From an uncultured Chitinophaga sp. (lineage in GTDB: Bacteria > Bacteroidota > Bacteroidia > 2-12-FULL-35-15): a stretch of 64,000 bases of DNA. Both the position numbers and the translations under genes were made by a program. This document shows, one piece after another, positions 19,839 to 29,762 of the stretch; within the stretch, counting starts at the first letter, position 1; each line of letters starts with the position of its first letter. The notes below the pieces were generated by a model that worked only from the letters and a program-made list of their open reading frames with translations, searched no databases and was not told the DNA's origin. The stretch spans positions 45,729 to 109,728 of the forward strand of contig CAZJUY010000003.1 of the NCBI GenBank assembly GCA_964549315.1. Reading direction: 5' to 3'.

Positions 19839-21110
19839 TTACAATGCAGGCAATACTTTTGCTTTACATTCTCCAAAACCAATTCTTACACCATTTTTAC
19901 TACAAAATCCTTTTACTATTACGGTATCGTTATCATTGATAAATTTTCTTTCCGTGCCATCATTCATCTTAATTGGTTTTGTTCCTCGCCAAGTTAACTC
20001 AAGCATTGAACCGAATGAATCTGGAGTAGGGCCACTAATAGTTCCTGAAGCCATCATATCACCAATATTTACATTGCAACCATTCACTGTATGATGTGCT
20101 AATTGCTGTTCCATTGTCCAATACATAAACTTGTAGTTTGAATTACAAATTTTTGTTTCGGAAGATTTTTCGGGTTGAATATAAACTTCCAAATTAATAT
20201 CTAAATTTTTATTCCCAGTATATTCCAAATAAGGAAGAACTTTTGGTTCTTGCTTATAACCTTCTACTCTATATGGTTCCAAAGCATCTAATGTAACAAT
20301 CCATGGAGAAATAGTAGAGGCAAAATTTTTAGCTAAAAATGGTCCAAGTGGCACATACTCCCATGTTTGAATATCACGTGCACTCCAATCATTAAACAAA
20401 ACCATTCCAAAAATATGTTCATCTGCCTTATCAGTAGAAATTGTTTCGCCCATTTTTGTTTCTTTACCAACGATGAATGCAACTTCTAATTCAAAATCCA
20501 AAAGTTTTGTTGGTCCAAAAACAGGAACTTCTGCATCAGCAGGTTTTGTTTGCCCTTTGGGCCGATGAAAATCTGTTCCTGAAATAGTGATAGAAGAAGC
20601 TCTTCCATGATATCCTACTGGCAAATGTTTCCAGTTTGGAAGCAAAGCATTTGCAGGGTCACGAAACATTGTTCCCACATTTGTTGCATGGTCGATACTA
20701 GAATAAAAATCGGTATAGTCACGCACAAAAACAGGCATTAACATTTGTACATTTTTAATCGAGTGCAAAACTTTTTCTTTTGCTTCCTTATTATTTTGTA
20801 ATTCTAAATTGGTCTTATCTAAAAGTTCCGAAACTCGTTCTCTAACAGCACTCGTTGTTGATTTTCCTAAAGCAATAAAATCGTTTAAATACTGATTCGT
20901 AAAAATTGAATTGTCTATTTTTAATTTTTCGAAATAACCCAATTTATTTAACAATGCTAAATCAATTACATTATCTCCAATTGCAATGCCTACTCTAGGG
21001 CTTGATGATTGTGTTTTAAAAATACCAAAAGGCAAATTTTGAATCGGAAAATCACTGTTCGCTTCTACTTCTATCCAAGAAACTAATTCGGGGTTATTTG
21101 CTTTACTCAT
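19839..21110 (-). CDS. Fumarylacetoacetase (FAH)
   Basis: 423 aa with the FAH N-terminal domain and C-terminal hydrolase fold blocks. Confidence 0.85.
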   Translation of the reverse strand: MSKANNPELVSWIEVEANSDFPIQNLPFGIFKTQSSSPRVGIAIGDNVIDLALLNKLGYFEKLKIDNSIFTNQYLNDFIALGKSTTSAVRERVSELLDKTNLELQNNKEAKEKVLHSIKNVQMLMPVFVRDYTDFYSSIDHATNVGTMFRDPANALLPNWKHLPVGYHGRASSITISGTDFHRPKGQTKPADAEVPVFGPTKLLDFELEVAFIVGKETKMGETISTDKADEHIFGMVLFNDWSARDIQTWEYVPLGPFLAKNFASTISPWIVTLDALEPYRVEGYKQEPKVLPYLEYTGNKNLDINLEVYIQPEKSSETKICNSNYKFMYWTMEQQLAHHTVNGCNVNIGDMMASGTISGPTPDSFGSMLELTWRGTKPIKMNDGTERKFINDNDTVIVKGFCSKNGVRIGFGECKAKVLPAL

Positions 21111-21142
21111 ATTAAAATTTTTGTTTGCCTAAAATTACAATT

Positions 21143-21724
21143 TTATTTTACAATTTGAGAATCGACATAACTACGCAACTCAGGAAAAAAAAGTGTAAAT
21201 TCTTCTTCGAATAAATGATAATGTTCTTTTAAATCAATAATTGAATGTTCCATATTCGATTCGAACGTTGTCCTATTTGCCATCCCCTGCATAACTCTCT
21301 CAATACCTTCTAGCTTTGAATATGCAACCAAAATATTGTACTTCACCATATATTGATTGAACATACTTGATTTATAAGGAAGGATATTTTTATTCTTCGC
21401 GATAATATTATAAACATTTTGGGCAAAATCATTCAAACTTTGATTTGAATATTTATTCCAATTTATTGCCAAAAAATGATCGTAATAAACATCAACAATT
21501 ACGCTTGCGTATTTTTTATATTTCAAACGAAGCCTTTTTTTACTTTCTTCTACTATTGGATGAGCATCTGTGAAAGTATCTATTTTTCGGTGAAGAATAA
21601 TGCCTTCTTGAATTTCAGCAGAAAAATTTTGCATAGCACTTCCCTTTACAGAATCGGCAATAAAATTACCAATCAACAAATCAGTTGATTCCCCTGATAA
21701 ATAAAGATGGGATAAAAAATTCAT
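21143..21724 (-). CDS. acpH: Acyl carrier protein phosphodiesterase
   Basis: 193 aa; N-terminus MNFLSHLYLS...HRKIDTFTD aligns with E. coli AcpH (MNFLAHLHLA...HRRIDVLTD). Confidence 0.8.
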   Translation of the reverse strand: MNFLSHLYLSGESTDLLIGNFIADSVKGSAMQNFSAEIQEGIILHRKIDTFTDAHPIVEESKKRLRLKYKKYASVIVDVYYDHFLAINWNKYSNQSLNDFAQNVYNIIAKNKNILPYKSSMFNQYMVKYNILVAYSKLEGIERVMQGMANRTTFESNMEHSIIDLKEHYHLFEEEFTLFFPELRSYVDSQIVK

Positions 21725-21750
21725 TTGTTATGAAAAGCAAAAAAATAGAA

Positions 21751-22518
21751 TTACAACTCTTTCGCTTTATTCCAGTATATGTCCATTTCTGCAAGCGACA
21801 TTTCACTCAACTGCTTTCCTGCTTTACTTGCTTCTTGTTCTAGATATTGAAATCGTTTGATAAACTTTTTATTCGTTTTTTCTAATGCGTCTTCTGGATT
21901 TATGTCCATAAATCGAGCATAATTTATAAGAGAAAAAAGAACGTCTCCAAATTCATTTTCGATTTTTTCTTTTGAAGCTTTTGTTTCTACTTCATGCTTA
22001 AATTCTAAAATTTCCTCTTGCACTTTTTCCCAAACTTGTTCTGGCTTTTCCCAATCAAAACCAACTGCTCTTGCTTTTTCTTGAATTCTTGATGCTTTTA
22101 TTAATGAAGGCAATGATTTTGGAACACCACCCAATACAGACTTATTACCTTCTTTTAGCTTTAGTTTCTCCCAATTCTCTTTTACTTGTTCTTCGTTCTC
22201 AACTTTAACATCGCCATAAATATGAGGATGACGATGTATTAATTTTTCGCATAAAGAATTAATCACATCTGTAATATTAAATTCATCTGTTTCTGAAGCA
22301 ATACGAGCATAAAAAACAATGTGTAACAGTATATCTCCTAATTCTTTTTTTACATTTTTTAAATCATTATCTAGAATGGCATCGGAAAGCTCATAGGTTT
22401 CTTCGATGGTAAGGTGTCTAATACTTTCTATGGTCTGCTTTTTATCCCAAGGGCATTTTTCACGCAACTCATCCATTATTATGAGTAAGCGTTCAAATGC
22501 TTTTAATTTTTCTTCCAT
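21751..22518 (-). CDS. mazG: Nucleoside triphosphate pyrophosphohydrolase MazG
   Basis: 255 aa; tandem MazG domains (EETYEL...GDIL; EEILEF...GDVL). Confidence 0.9.
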   Translation of the reverse strand: MEEKLKAFERLLIIMDELREKCPWDKKQTIESIRHLTIEETYELSDAILDNDLKNVKKELGDILLHIVFYARIASETDEFNITDVINSLCEKLIHRHPHIYGDVKVENEEQVKENWEKLKLKEGNKSVLGGVPKSLPSLIKASRIQEKARAVGFDWEKPEQVWEKVQEEILEFKHEVETKASKEKIENEFGDVLFSLINYARFMDINPEDALEKTNKKFIKRFQYLEQEASKAGKQLSEMSLAEMDIYWNKAKEL

Positions 22519-22524
22519 ATATTT

Positions 22525-23403
22525 TTAGAAAATATGCTTTTCAGCATGGTAAGATGAACGAACCAATGGTCCGCTTTCTACAAACCGAAATCCTTTGCTT
22601 AACCCAATCTGTTTATGTTTAGCAAATACTTCGGGACGAATAAATTCAGCAACGGGTAAATGTTTTGGTGTAGGTTGTAAATATTGTCCCATTGTTAAAA
22701 CATCACATCCAGCAGCACGTAAATCGTCCATTGTTTCATAAATTTCTTCTTCTGTCTCCCCTAAGCCTAACATAATACCAGATTTTGTTTTCACGCCAGC
22801 ATCATGCAATCTTTTTATTACTTCTAAACTTCTATCATACTTTGCTTGAATACGAACTTGTTTGGTAAGCCTTCTTACTGTTTCTAAATTATGAGAAACA
22901 ATATCTGGATTCACATCAATTATCATTTGTAAATTTTGCCACTTACCTTGAAAATCTGGAATGAGCGTTTCAAATTTTGTTTGAGGACTAACTCTTCTAA
23001 TTGCATTAATAGTTTCTACCCAAATTCCAGCACCACCATCTTTTAAATCATCTCTATCCACAGAAGTAATCACACAATGTTTGATATTCATTAATCGAAC
23101 AGACTCAGCAACTCTTTCTGGTTCCTGCAAATCAACAGCTTTCGGTCTTCCTGTAGCAACAGCACAAAAACCACATGAGCGTGTACAAATATTTCCAAGA
23201 ATCATAAATGTAGCAGTTCCTGCTCCCCAACATTCCCCCATATTTGGGCAGTTTCCACTTTCGCAAATAGTATGCAATTTGTGTGTAGAAACTATTTGAC
23301 GAACCTGAGCGTACTCTTTTCCTGTAGGCAATTTTACTCTTAACCAATCTGGTTTTCGAACAAATTGTTTTTCTTCAATAATATTAGTGTTGTTTTCTGA
23401 CAT
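22525..23403 (-). CDS. lipA: Lipoyl synthase
   Basis: 292 aa; two Cys clusters ([13 protein letters not shown] and radical-SAM CTRSCGFC). Confidence 0.95.
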   Translation of the reverse strand: MSENNTNIIEEKQFVRKPDWLRVKLPTGKEYAQVRQIVSTHKLHTICESGNCPNMGECWGAGTATFMILGNICTRSCGFCAVATGRPKAVDLQEPERVAESVRLMNIKHCVITSVDRDDLKDGGAGIWVETINAIRRVSPQTKFETLIPDFQGKWQNLQMIIDVNPDIVSHNLETVRRLTKQVRIQAKYDRSLEVIKRLHDAGVKTKSGIMLGLGETEEEIYETMDDLRAAGCDVLTMGQYLQPTPKHLPVAEFIRPEVFAKHKQIGLSKGFRFVESGPLVRSSYHAEKHIF

Positions 23404-23439
23404 TTTATTTTTGAGATATTGTTTGAAAAAAACTTATGG

Positions 23440-24213
23440 TTAAAACCATTTTTTCCCAAACATAAATTTTAAATACAACTGAACATAAACTTGTTGGTTT
23501 CTATTATAAGCCATCATAGGCAATACCCAAGGATAAGCATCCACAACTGAACCAACTTCAATAGCTTTTATTGAGTTGTATCTATCGGCATATTCAAAGC
23601 TCAAAGCAAATTTTGCGTACAAGCCAGGATGAATTGTTGTTTTGTCAAGTCCTTTAAAAAAAGGTGCTTTACCATAAATATTGTTTGTGTAATGAATATC
23701 CGGATTATACTTTTCGGTAGAAATTGTATAGATTAAAGGATCGGAAGTTGGCTTAATAATTTCTAAATAAACTGGCTTTGCAAATGTCAAATCCAAACCC
23801 AAAAAAGTATGTGCTCTTATTTCAACACTTTTTTTATCCCCTTTTTGATACAATACATTTTGATAACCAATTCCAGGTCTAATAATTAAAAATGAATTTA
23901 ATTTTCCATAGATAAATCCCTTTGAGTTATCATAATATGAGTTTACACTTTTAACCTCTTTAGGGTGTTTAAAATTTTGGGCATCAATTTCAAACATACG
24001 CTTGCGTTTACCTGTAACATGCTTACCCCTACGATAAGATAAGCCAAAACCACCTGCAGAATGGGCATAAAACCCAAACGTGGATTCATTACGGTAAAGC
24101 ACGTTTAAATCTTCACCGTTTTGCAAACGAGTTAAATCATCTTTCAGCTCCTGAGAAACAAGCTGAAGAGAAAATAAACTTAATATTATAAGTGTTATTT
24201 TATTTTTAAACAT
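23440..24213 (-). CDS. Hypothetical secreted protein (start taken at the internal MFKNKITLIILSLFSL signal peptide; the track ORF extends to 24255)
   Basis: Signal peptide; no recognisable domain. Confidence 0.5.
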   Translation of the reverse strand: MFKNKITLIILSLFSLQLVSQELKDDLTRLQNGEDLNVLYRNESTFGFYAHSAGGFGLSYRRGKHVTGKRKRMFEIDAQNFKHPKEVKSVNSYYDNSKGFIYGKLNSFLIIRPGIGYQNVLYQKGDKKSVEIRAHTFLGLDLTFAKPVYLEIIKPTSDPLIYTISTEKYNPDIHYTNNIYGKAPFFKGLDKTTIHPGLYAKFALSFEYADRYNSIKAIEVGSVVDAYPWVLPMMAYNRNQQVYVQLYLKFMFGKKWF

Positions 24214-24277
24214 TGTACTACCTTTACTCTTACAAATGTAAGAATTATAACGCAAAAAACACTAATTTGTTTTACGT

Positions 24278-24682
24278 ATGAAAACATCAAAAATAGTATA
24301 TAGTGGAAACCTTAGAACCCTTTCTACACATTTAAAATCTGGACAATCAATTATTACAGATGCGCCAACTGATAATAATGGAAAAGGAGAAGCTTTTTCT
24401 CCAACTGATTTATTAGCCACATCATTAGGCTGCTGTATGATTACAATTATGGGAATAGTTGCCGAAAGACATCACATTTCGCTGGAAGGAACAAGTATTG
24501 AAATAACAAAAATCATGGAATCAAATCCAAGAAGAGTTGGGGAAATAATTGTAGAATTTACAATGCCAAAAAAGAATTATTCTGATAAAGAAAAAGAGCT
24601 TTTAGAGCATGCTGCCCATACTTGTCCTGTCGCTAAAAGCTTGAGTTCTGAGTTAAAACAAACTATTATTTTTAATTATTAA
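24278..24682 (+). CDS. OsmC/Ohr-family peroxiredoxin-like protein
   Basis: 134 aa; conserved Cys pair (LGCCMIT...HTCPVAKSL). Confidence 0.85.
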   Translation: MKTSKIVYSGNLRTLSTHLKSGQSIITDAPTDNNGKGEAFSPTDLLATSLGCCMITIMGIVAERHHISLEGTSIEITKIMESNPRRVGEIIVEFTMPKKNYSDKEKELLEHAAHTCPVAKSLSSELKQTIIFNY

Positions 24683-24698
24683 TTTTTTGCAAAAAAAA

Positions 24699-24727
24699 AT
24701 CCTTGAACAAGGCTCAAGGATTTTTTA
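24699..24727 (+). terminator. Rho-independent terminator (atccttga/tcaaggat stem, then tttttt)
   Basis: Hairpin immediately after the OsmC stop. Confidence 0.65.
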
Positions 24728-24748
24728 AGTTAATATTTTTCGTTTTTA

Positions 24749-24870
24749 TTAAATAGCTTTTGTGTGTTTTACTGGCACATCTGCTTTAGAATAAGCAGCG
24801 CATCCTCCATGAGATTTACAAGATGAAACAGCGATTGAAAGAACAAATGCCAATACTAAAAGGGTTGCGA
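24749..24870 (-). CDS. Unannotated mini-lipoprotein of 40 aa: MKKIATLLVLAFVLSIAVSSCKSHGGCAAYSKADVPVKHTKAI
   Basis: ATG..TAA; signal peptide with lipobox-like VSSC; under 60 aa so absent from the track; paralog is adjacent. Confidence 0.55.
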
Positions 24871-24904
24871 TTTTTTTCATCTAATAAAATTTAAGGATAT
24901 GGTA

Positions 24905-25057
24905 TTAAATTGACTTTTCAGATTTGTCAACAAAAGGTTTTGCTGTTTCAATTTTATTAATTTTTCCATAAGCAGCACAACGCTCATGACTGCGGCAAGA
25001 ACTTAACATACCACTTAATATTACTGCTGAAGCAAAAAATAAAAGAAACTTTTTCAT
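24905..25057 (-). CDS. Unannotated mini-lipoprotein of 50 aa: MKKFLLFFASAVILSGMLSSCRSHERCAAYGKINKIETAKPFVDKSEKSI
   Basis: ATG..TAA; same architecture and a shared SSC[KR]SH..CAAY motif with 24749..24870. Confidence 0.55.
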   Translation of the reverse strand: MKKFLLFFASAVILSGMLSSCRSHERCAAYGKINKIETAKPFVDKSEKSI

Positions 25058-25201
25058 GTTGTTTGTCTGTCTTTTAAAATAGTAATGAATTGCAAAGTTA
25101 TGAGAATTCTTAAATTATACAAACTTCGAATAAAATATTTTTTACACATAAAATATATAAAACCATACTTTTGGATTTTCTAAACACAAAATACACTATT
25201 A

Positions 25202-25876
25202 ATGAGTCGAGATATTAATATCCATAAAAGCTGGAAATCCCTATTGGAAAAGGAATTTGACGCTGAGTATTTTAGTGAATTAAAGTCTTTTTTAGTAGAA
25301 GAAAAAAAGAAATACAAGGTCTATCCTCCTGGAAATCAAATATTTTCAGCATTTGACTATACCCCTTTTGAGAATGTGAAGGTTGTAATTATAGGTCAAG
25401 ATCCATATCATGGACAAGGACAAGCAAATGGATTGTGTTTTTCCGTAAGTTCTGGTATGCCAAAACCTCCATCATTAAATAACATTTTTAAAGAAATTAA
25501 TAGCGATTTAGGAATTCCAATTCCTCAAACAGGGAATTTGGAACCATGGGCAAAACAAGGAATACTACTTTTAAATGCAACATTAACTGTCAGAGCAAAT
25601 CATCCTGGTTCTCACCAAAAAAAAGGTTGGGAAAAATTTACTGATGCGGTTATCAAATCCATTTCCGACAATAAAAAAGGCATCATTTTTTTACTTTGGG
25701 GCAACTTTGCTCAAACAAAAGAAGCACTTGTCGATACAAATAAACATTATGTTTTAAAAGCTGCGCATCCTTCACCATTAGCACGTGGGGCTTTTTTTGG
25801 ATGTAAACACTTTTCGAAAACTAACAAAATACTTGAACATGAAGGTATTCAACCCATAGATTGGAGAGTAGAATAA
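25202..25876 (+). CDS. ung: Uracil-DNA glycosylase (family 1)
   Basis: 224 aa; GQDPYHGQGQANGLCFSV and the C-terminal HPSPLA motif. Confidence 0.95.
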   Translation: MSRDINIHKSWKSLLEKEFDAEYFSELKSFLVEEKKKYKVYPPGNQIFSAFDYTPFENVKVVIIGQDPYHGQGQANGLCFSVSSGMPKPPSLNNIFKEINSDLGIPIPQTGNLEPWAKQGILLLNATLTVRANHPGSHQKKGWEKFTDAVIKSISDNKKGIIFLLWGNFAQTKEALVDTNKHYVLKAAHPSPLARGAFFGCKHFSKTNKILEHEGIQPIDWRVE

Positions 25877-25880
25877 GAAA

Positions 25881-27263
25881 TTATTTTTTCAATACCTTTT
25901 CTACTTTATAAAATGTTTCCGAGTTTAGTTGTATAAAATAAATACCGCTTTCATATTGAGAAATATCAATTTTTTTGGAATTAGAGCCTGACTTTGAACC
26001 TATTAATTGCTCAAAATATAATTGCTTCCCTAAAACATTTGTAATTTCTAATGTAGTATTTACTCCTGAATATATTTCCCAATTAATAATCAAATAATCA
26101 TTTGCTGGGTTTGGGTAAATTAAAACATTATCTTGAATAGAGCTTTCTTGAATGTTTGTAATAGTTATAGATATTGTATTTGAAACATAAGGACAAGCAT
26201 CTGCATAAGTAACTTCTACATAATAGTTTCCGGACAAAGTGAAATTATATGTTTGACTATTTGCTCCAGCAATCGGATTTCCATTTAAATACCATTGATA
26301 GGTTGTTGCCAGAGTAGATTGTAGCACAGAACCAGTTTGACTAATAACAGGATTTGAATTATTAATGCAAGATTGTAAATAGTTTATTCTTGGAGAAGCG
26401 ACTAAAGAATCATTAAATATATTTCTTGAATTACAAATATCTTTTAAGTAGTACTCAAGCCACAATTTTAGAAAATCAGAAACCACATCTTTTTGCTGAG
26501 CACCAGTTATCGCAGGTGCTGGTGTACATGTTGACTGACCAAAAGAACAATTTGCATTAAAATTTGCAAACTCGCAATGTGCGCCACCTTTTACGCTAAT
26601 AAATGTTTTGCAATTAGAGATTAACGAATCATACATTGGTGTTTGATGTTGATTTGCAGGTGCAACACAATCATTTTGTCCAGAAAAAACTAAACAAGGA
26701 ACGGTAATATTTTGAGCCGCTGTTATTGCAGATGGTGTTGTATTTGCTGCCGCCATTGAAACCATAGTAGTGATATTTGTGTTATTTTTCGCTGCTAAAA
26801 AGGAACTTCCACCACCCATAGAATGACCCATAATTGCGGACTTAAAATTTATGTGATTATAAAATAATGATGACGAATTAGTTGCACTTTCATTTTGCAT
26901 TTTAGTAACTAAAAAGGCTAAATCTTTACCAAACTCTAAATGATTGGGTGAAAAACTACCTTCCGTTCTTGGAAATGCTAAAATGTAACCTTGAGGAACT
27001 AAATCATTCCAAATATTTTGATACGCATCCCATGTCATCACAAACCCATGACCAAAAACAATTAAAGGAAACTGCCCAGCAGATACTGGAACACTAGTTC
27101 CTGCAGTTGTTGTTGGATAATATATCTCTGTTTGAATACTTCTTCCTCCACGAGCAGGATCAGTATAAGTTATTTGAACGTGACCTATTTGATAGGTTTG
27201 TGCATTTACGTTCGCGAATGTTGCAAACAACCCAAATAATGTTAAAAATAATTTCTTTTTCAT
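25881..27263 (-). CDS. Secreted alpha/beta-hydrolase of the cutinase/PETase-like (dienelactone-hydrolase-fold) type with a T9SS type-A C-terminal sorting domain
   Basis: Signal peptide; blocks aligning with Thermobifida cutinase and Ideonella PETase as recalled: IYYPT, MGHSMGGG (nucleophile Ser), VPCLVFSGQNDCVAPA...MYDSL (Asp), GGAHCEFAN (His); C-terminal IYPNPANDYLII...GIYFIQL sorting domain. Confidence 0.7.
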   Translation of the reverse strand: MKKKLFLTLFGLFATFANVNAQTYQIGHVQITYTDPARGGRSIQTEIYYPTTTAGTSVPVSAGQFPLIVFGHGFVMTWDAYQNIWNDLVPQGYILAFPRTEGSFSPNHLEFGKDLAFLVTKMQNESATNSSSLFYNHINFKSAIMGHSMGGGSSFLAAKNNTNITTMVSMAAANTTPSAITAAQNITVPCLVFSGQNDCVAPANQHQTPMYDSLISNCKTFISVKGGAHCEFANFNANCSFGQSTCTPAPAITGAQQKDVVSDFLKLWLEYYLKDICNSRNIFNDSLVASPRINYLQSCINNSNPVISQTGSVLQSTLATTYQWYLNGNPIAGANSQTYNFTLSGNYYVEVTYADACPYVSNTISITITNIQESSIQDNVLIYPNPANDYLIINWEIYSGVNTTLEITNVLGKQLYFEQLIGSKSGSNSKKIDISQYESGIYFIQLNSETFYKVEKVLKK

Positions 27264-27562
27264 CTTTTAATTTTTTATTACAAAATTATTTCAGACTAGG
27301 TTGTGTTACAACTCTTATGTTCTAACTTGTAATCAGACAGAATTTGTCATCCTTATTTTTTTAAAGACCATTAAAAACAGTCATTTTTTTTTGTTTTTAC
27401 ACTTGCAATTTTTGAAAAATCAGAAAGGAAACATTTATTCATTAAAAAACATAACCCTCAACACTAGAAAGCTCTACAAGGGAATGAAAATGAAATAAAA
27501 TTATTTTTTTATTTATAGCGTATTTTTATTTATTTTGGGCGGATTAAAACTACTAAAGAATA

Positions 27563-29068
27563 ATGTTAAGCATACAAAAAGTAATATTACTACTTGACGA
27601 TTTTCATTTCGATGAATTCAAAACTCATTTAAAAGAAAGCGGTGCAGAATTGCCTCATAAACTAATAACACAAATTAGAAAAGATTCAGACAACCAAAAA
27701 GAATCTGATGATTTGTGTATTGCTGTTTATGGCAATAAAGAGGAAAAAAGCAAAAAGAAATTTTTTCAGTTGGTTCATTACACATTTCGCTTGACATCTT
27801 ATTTAAGCAGAAACCACCCAGCATACCTTACTCACAATGTTTCCGAAATACAAAAACACATTAATAGAGGTGATTTAGATAAAGCGAATAAGTTAGCGGA
27901 TATTCTTTTGGACATAGCAGAGAAAATTGAAGACTTTAACACTGCTATAGCTGTGTTAAAATATTATGCGCAACAAGCTCACATTACAGAAAATAAAAAT
28001 GCCGCAATAAAACATCATCAACAAATAAGCGAGTATTTAAAATACGAACATATCATCAATCAAATTTATTTGTACATGCGCCAAAACCTAAATTTCAAAG
28101 GGAAGAGTGTACTTACAGATAAAGAAATGGAAGAACATTTAAGTTTTTACGATAAATACAGAAATCACAAGACATTAAGCATCCAATTTTTAAGCCGATT
28201 TGCATATTGCCAAACGCTTAATTATTTGAATGACCCTTATTTCTTTGATAAAAAAATTGAAGAAGAAGTAGATTCTTTAATGGATGAATTAGAAAAAAAC
28301 GCGTTTATCATTTTTTCTTTTTCAGATGATATCCAACTAAATGTTGATTACTTGAAGTTAAAACATTTAATATATAAGCTAGATAAAGATTCATTACAAA
28401 AAGAGGCGGGAGCATTAATTAAAAAACGTGAGCCATTGCGTTTTTGGAAAAACTATGTGCCACCACCTGAAATAATTTATTTAAGTATTCAAGCAAGTTA
28501 TTATGTTACTCATTATAGCCACGGTTATAAACAAAATTATTTAGAAACATTACCTAAAGATGTAAAAAACCAAATTGCTAATTATAAAAAACGTTGCGAG
28601 GACATTCTTGCAAAGCCAATGTGGAATGAGGGTTTGTATGTTAGGTATATAAATTTGAATAATATATATTGCTGCTTTTTAATTCTTGGAACAAAAGAGG
28701 ATATCAAAAAAGCAATCGAAAAAATTGAATCACTACTTGTAAACTTTCAACAAATTGCTTTTCAAAGACTTTATGATGCATTATTTGCAACTCTTATTTT
28801 AGGATATTTCTTCCTACAAGAACATGAAAATATTCAAGAATGTTATAAACGCTACGAAAAACTAACTGCTGGTACTAGTAAAAATATTGAGAATGATTTA
28901 ACTATTAAAGCAGTGTACTACGCATCTCAATGGTTGTTTACACAGCGCAAACAATATCTTGAAAAACTAAAAGGAATTTTGGATAAATCAAAAGAAAATG
29001 AAAAATGGAGATACGTTGAAACTTCTATAAACGACATGATAGAATATTTTAATATTCCAATCAAATAG
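27563..29068 (+). CDS. Hypothetical protein of 501 aa with no recognisable domain
   Basis: Long ORF after a 300-bp AT-rich intergenic region; predicted cytoplasmic and helical. Confidence 0.5.
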   Translation: MLSIQKVILLLDDFHFDEFKTHLKESGAELPHKLITQIRKDSDNQKESDDLCIAVYGNKEEKSKKKFFQLVHYTFRLTSYLSRNHPAYLTHNVSEIQKHINRGDLDKANKLADILLDIAEKIEDFNTAIAVLKYYAQQAHITENKNAAIKHHQQISEYLKYEHIINQIYLYMRQNLNFKGKSVLTDKEMEEHLSFYDKYRNHKTLSIQFLSRFAYCQTLNYLNDPYFFDKKIEEEVDSLMDELEKNAFIIFSFSDDIQLNVDYLKLKHLIYKLDKDSLQKEAGALIKKREPLRFWKNYVPPPEIIYLSIQASYYVTHYSHGYKQNYLETLPKDVKNQIANYKKRCEDILAKPMWNEGLYVRYINLNNIYCCFLILGTKEDIKKAIEKIESLLVNFQQIAFQRLYDALFATLILGYFFLQEHENIQECYKRYEKLTAGTSKNIENDLTIKAVYYASQWLFTQRKQYLEKLKGILDKSKENEKWRYVETSINDMIEYFNIPIK

Positions 29069-29714
29069 TTTTTCTCTTTTGTAAATTTTCAAAAAACTTA
29101 CACCATTTTTTTAGCTCACATTCACTGCATTTCGGATTACGTGCAACGCAAATGTATCTTCCATGCAAAATCAACCAATGGTGAGCAATGGCAATTTTAT
29201 CTTTTGGAATATATTTCACCAACTGCTTTTCAGTATCTAACGGAGTTTTTGAATTTGTAGTTAACCCCAATCTTGCCGACACTCTGAAAACATGCGTATC
29301 AACAGCCATTGCAGGCTTATCATAAACTACTGATGCTATTACGTTTGCTGTTTTTCTTCCAACTCCAGGTAATTTTTGTAAATCGTTTATATCATTTGGC
29401 ACAACACTTTTAAAATCTTTTACCAACATATTTGCCATCCCAACTAAATGTTTTGCTTTATTATTTGGATAGCTTATACTTTTTATATATTGAAAAACTT
29501 CATCACTCGAAGCAGCCGCTAAAACTTCTGCAGTAGGAAAAGATTTAAACAAACTGGGTGTTACCATATTCACGCGCTTATCTGTACACTGTGCAGATAA
29601 AATAACAGCAACCAATAACTCATACGGATTAGAATATTTTAACTCCGTTTCAGCTATTGGTTGATGTTCACTAAAATAATTAATTATGTGCTCAAATTTT
29701 TCTTTCTTATTCAT
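29061..29714 (-). CDS. nth: Endonuclease III
   Basis: HhH-GPD motif (LPGVGRKTANV) and the 4Fe-4S Cys cluster C-x6-C-x2-C-x5-C; start taken at the internal MNKKEKF. Confidence 0.92.
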   Translation of the reverse strand: MNKKEKFEHIINYFSEHQPIAETELKYSNPYELLVAVILSAQCTDKRVNMVTPSLFKSFPTAEVLAAASSDEVFQYIKSISYPNNKAKHLVGMANMLVKDFKSVVPNDINDLQKLPGVGRKTANVIASVVYDKPAMAVDTHVFRVSARLGLTTNSKTPLDTEKQLVKYIPKDKIAIAHHWLILHGRYICVARNPKCSECELKKWCKFFENLQKRKTI

Positions 29715-29762
29715 ACAAGTAAACAATTATGTCGAGTACAATTATACAACAAGATTTATTAT

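Noticed and set aside
18406-20094. Small ORFs overlapping the DUF218 gene, the tRNA region and the FAH gene (18406, 18439, 19679, 19792)
   Set aside because: They overlap better-supported genes or the tRNA. 19792..20094 is antisense to fumarylacetoacetase.
21476-23347. Small ORFs within acpH and lipA on the opposite strand
   Set aside because: Embedded in conserved genes.
27107-27498. ORFs of 72 and 65 aa in the long intergenic region upstream of the 501-aa ORFan
   Set aside because: One overlaps the hydrolase 5' end. The other is an AT-rich frame with no start context and a low-complexity sequence. The region is more likely promoter or UTR.
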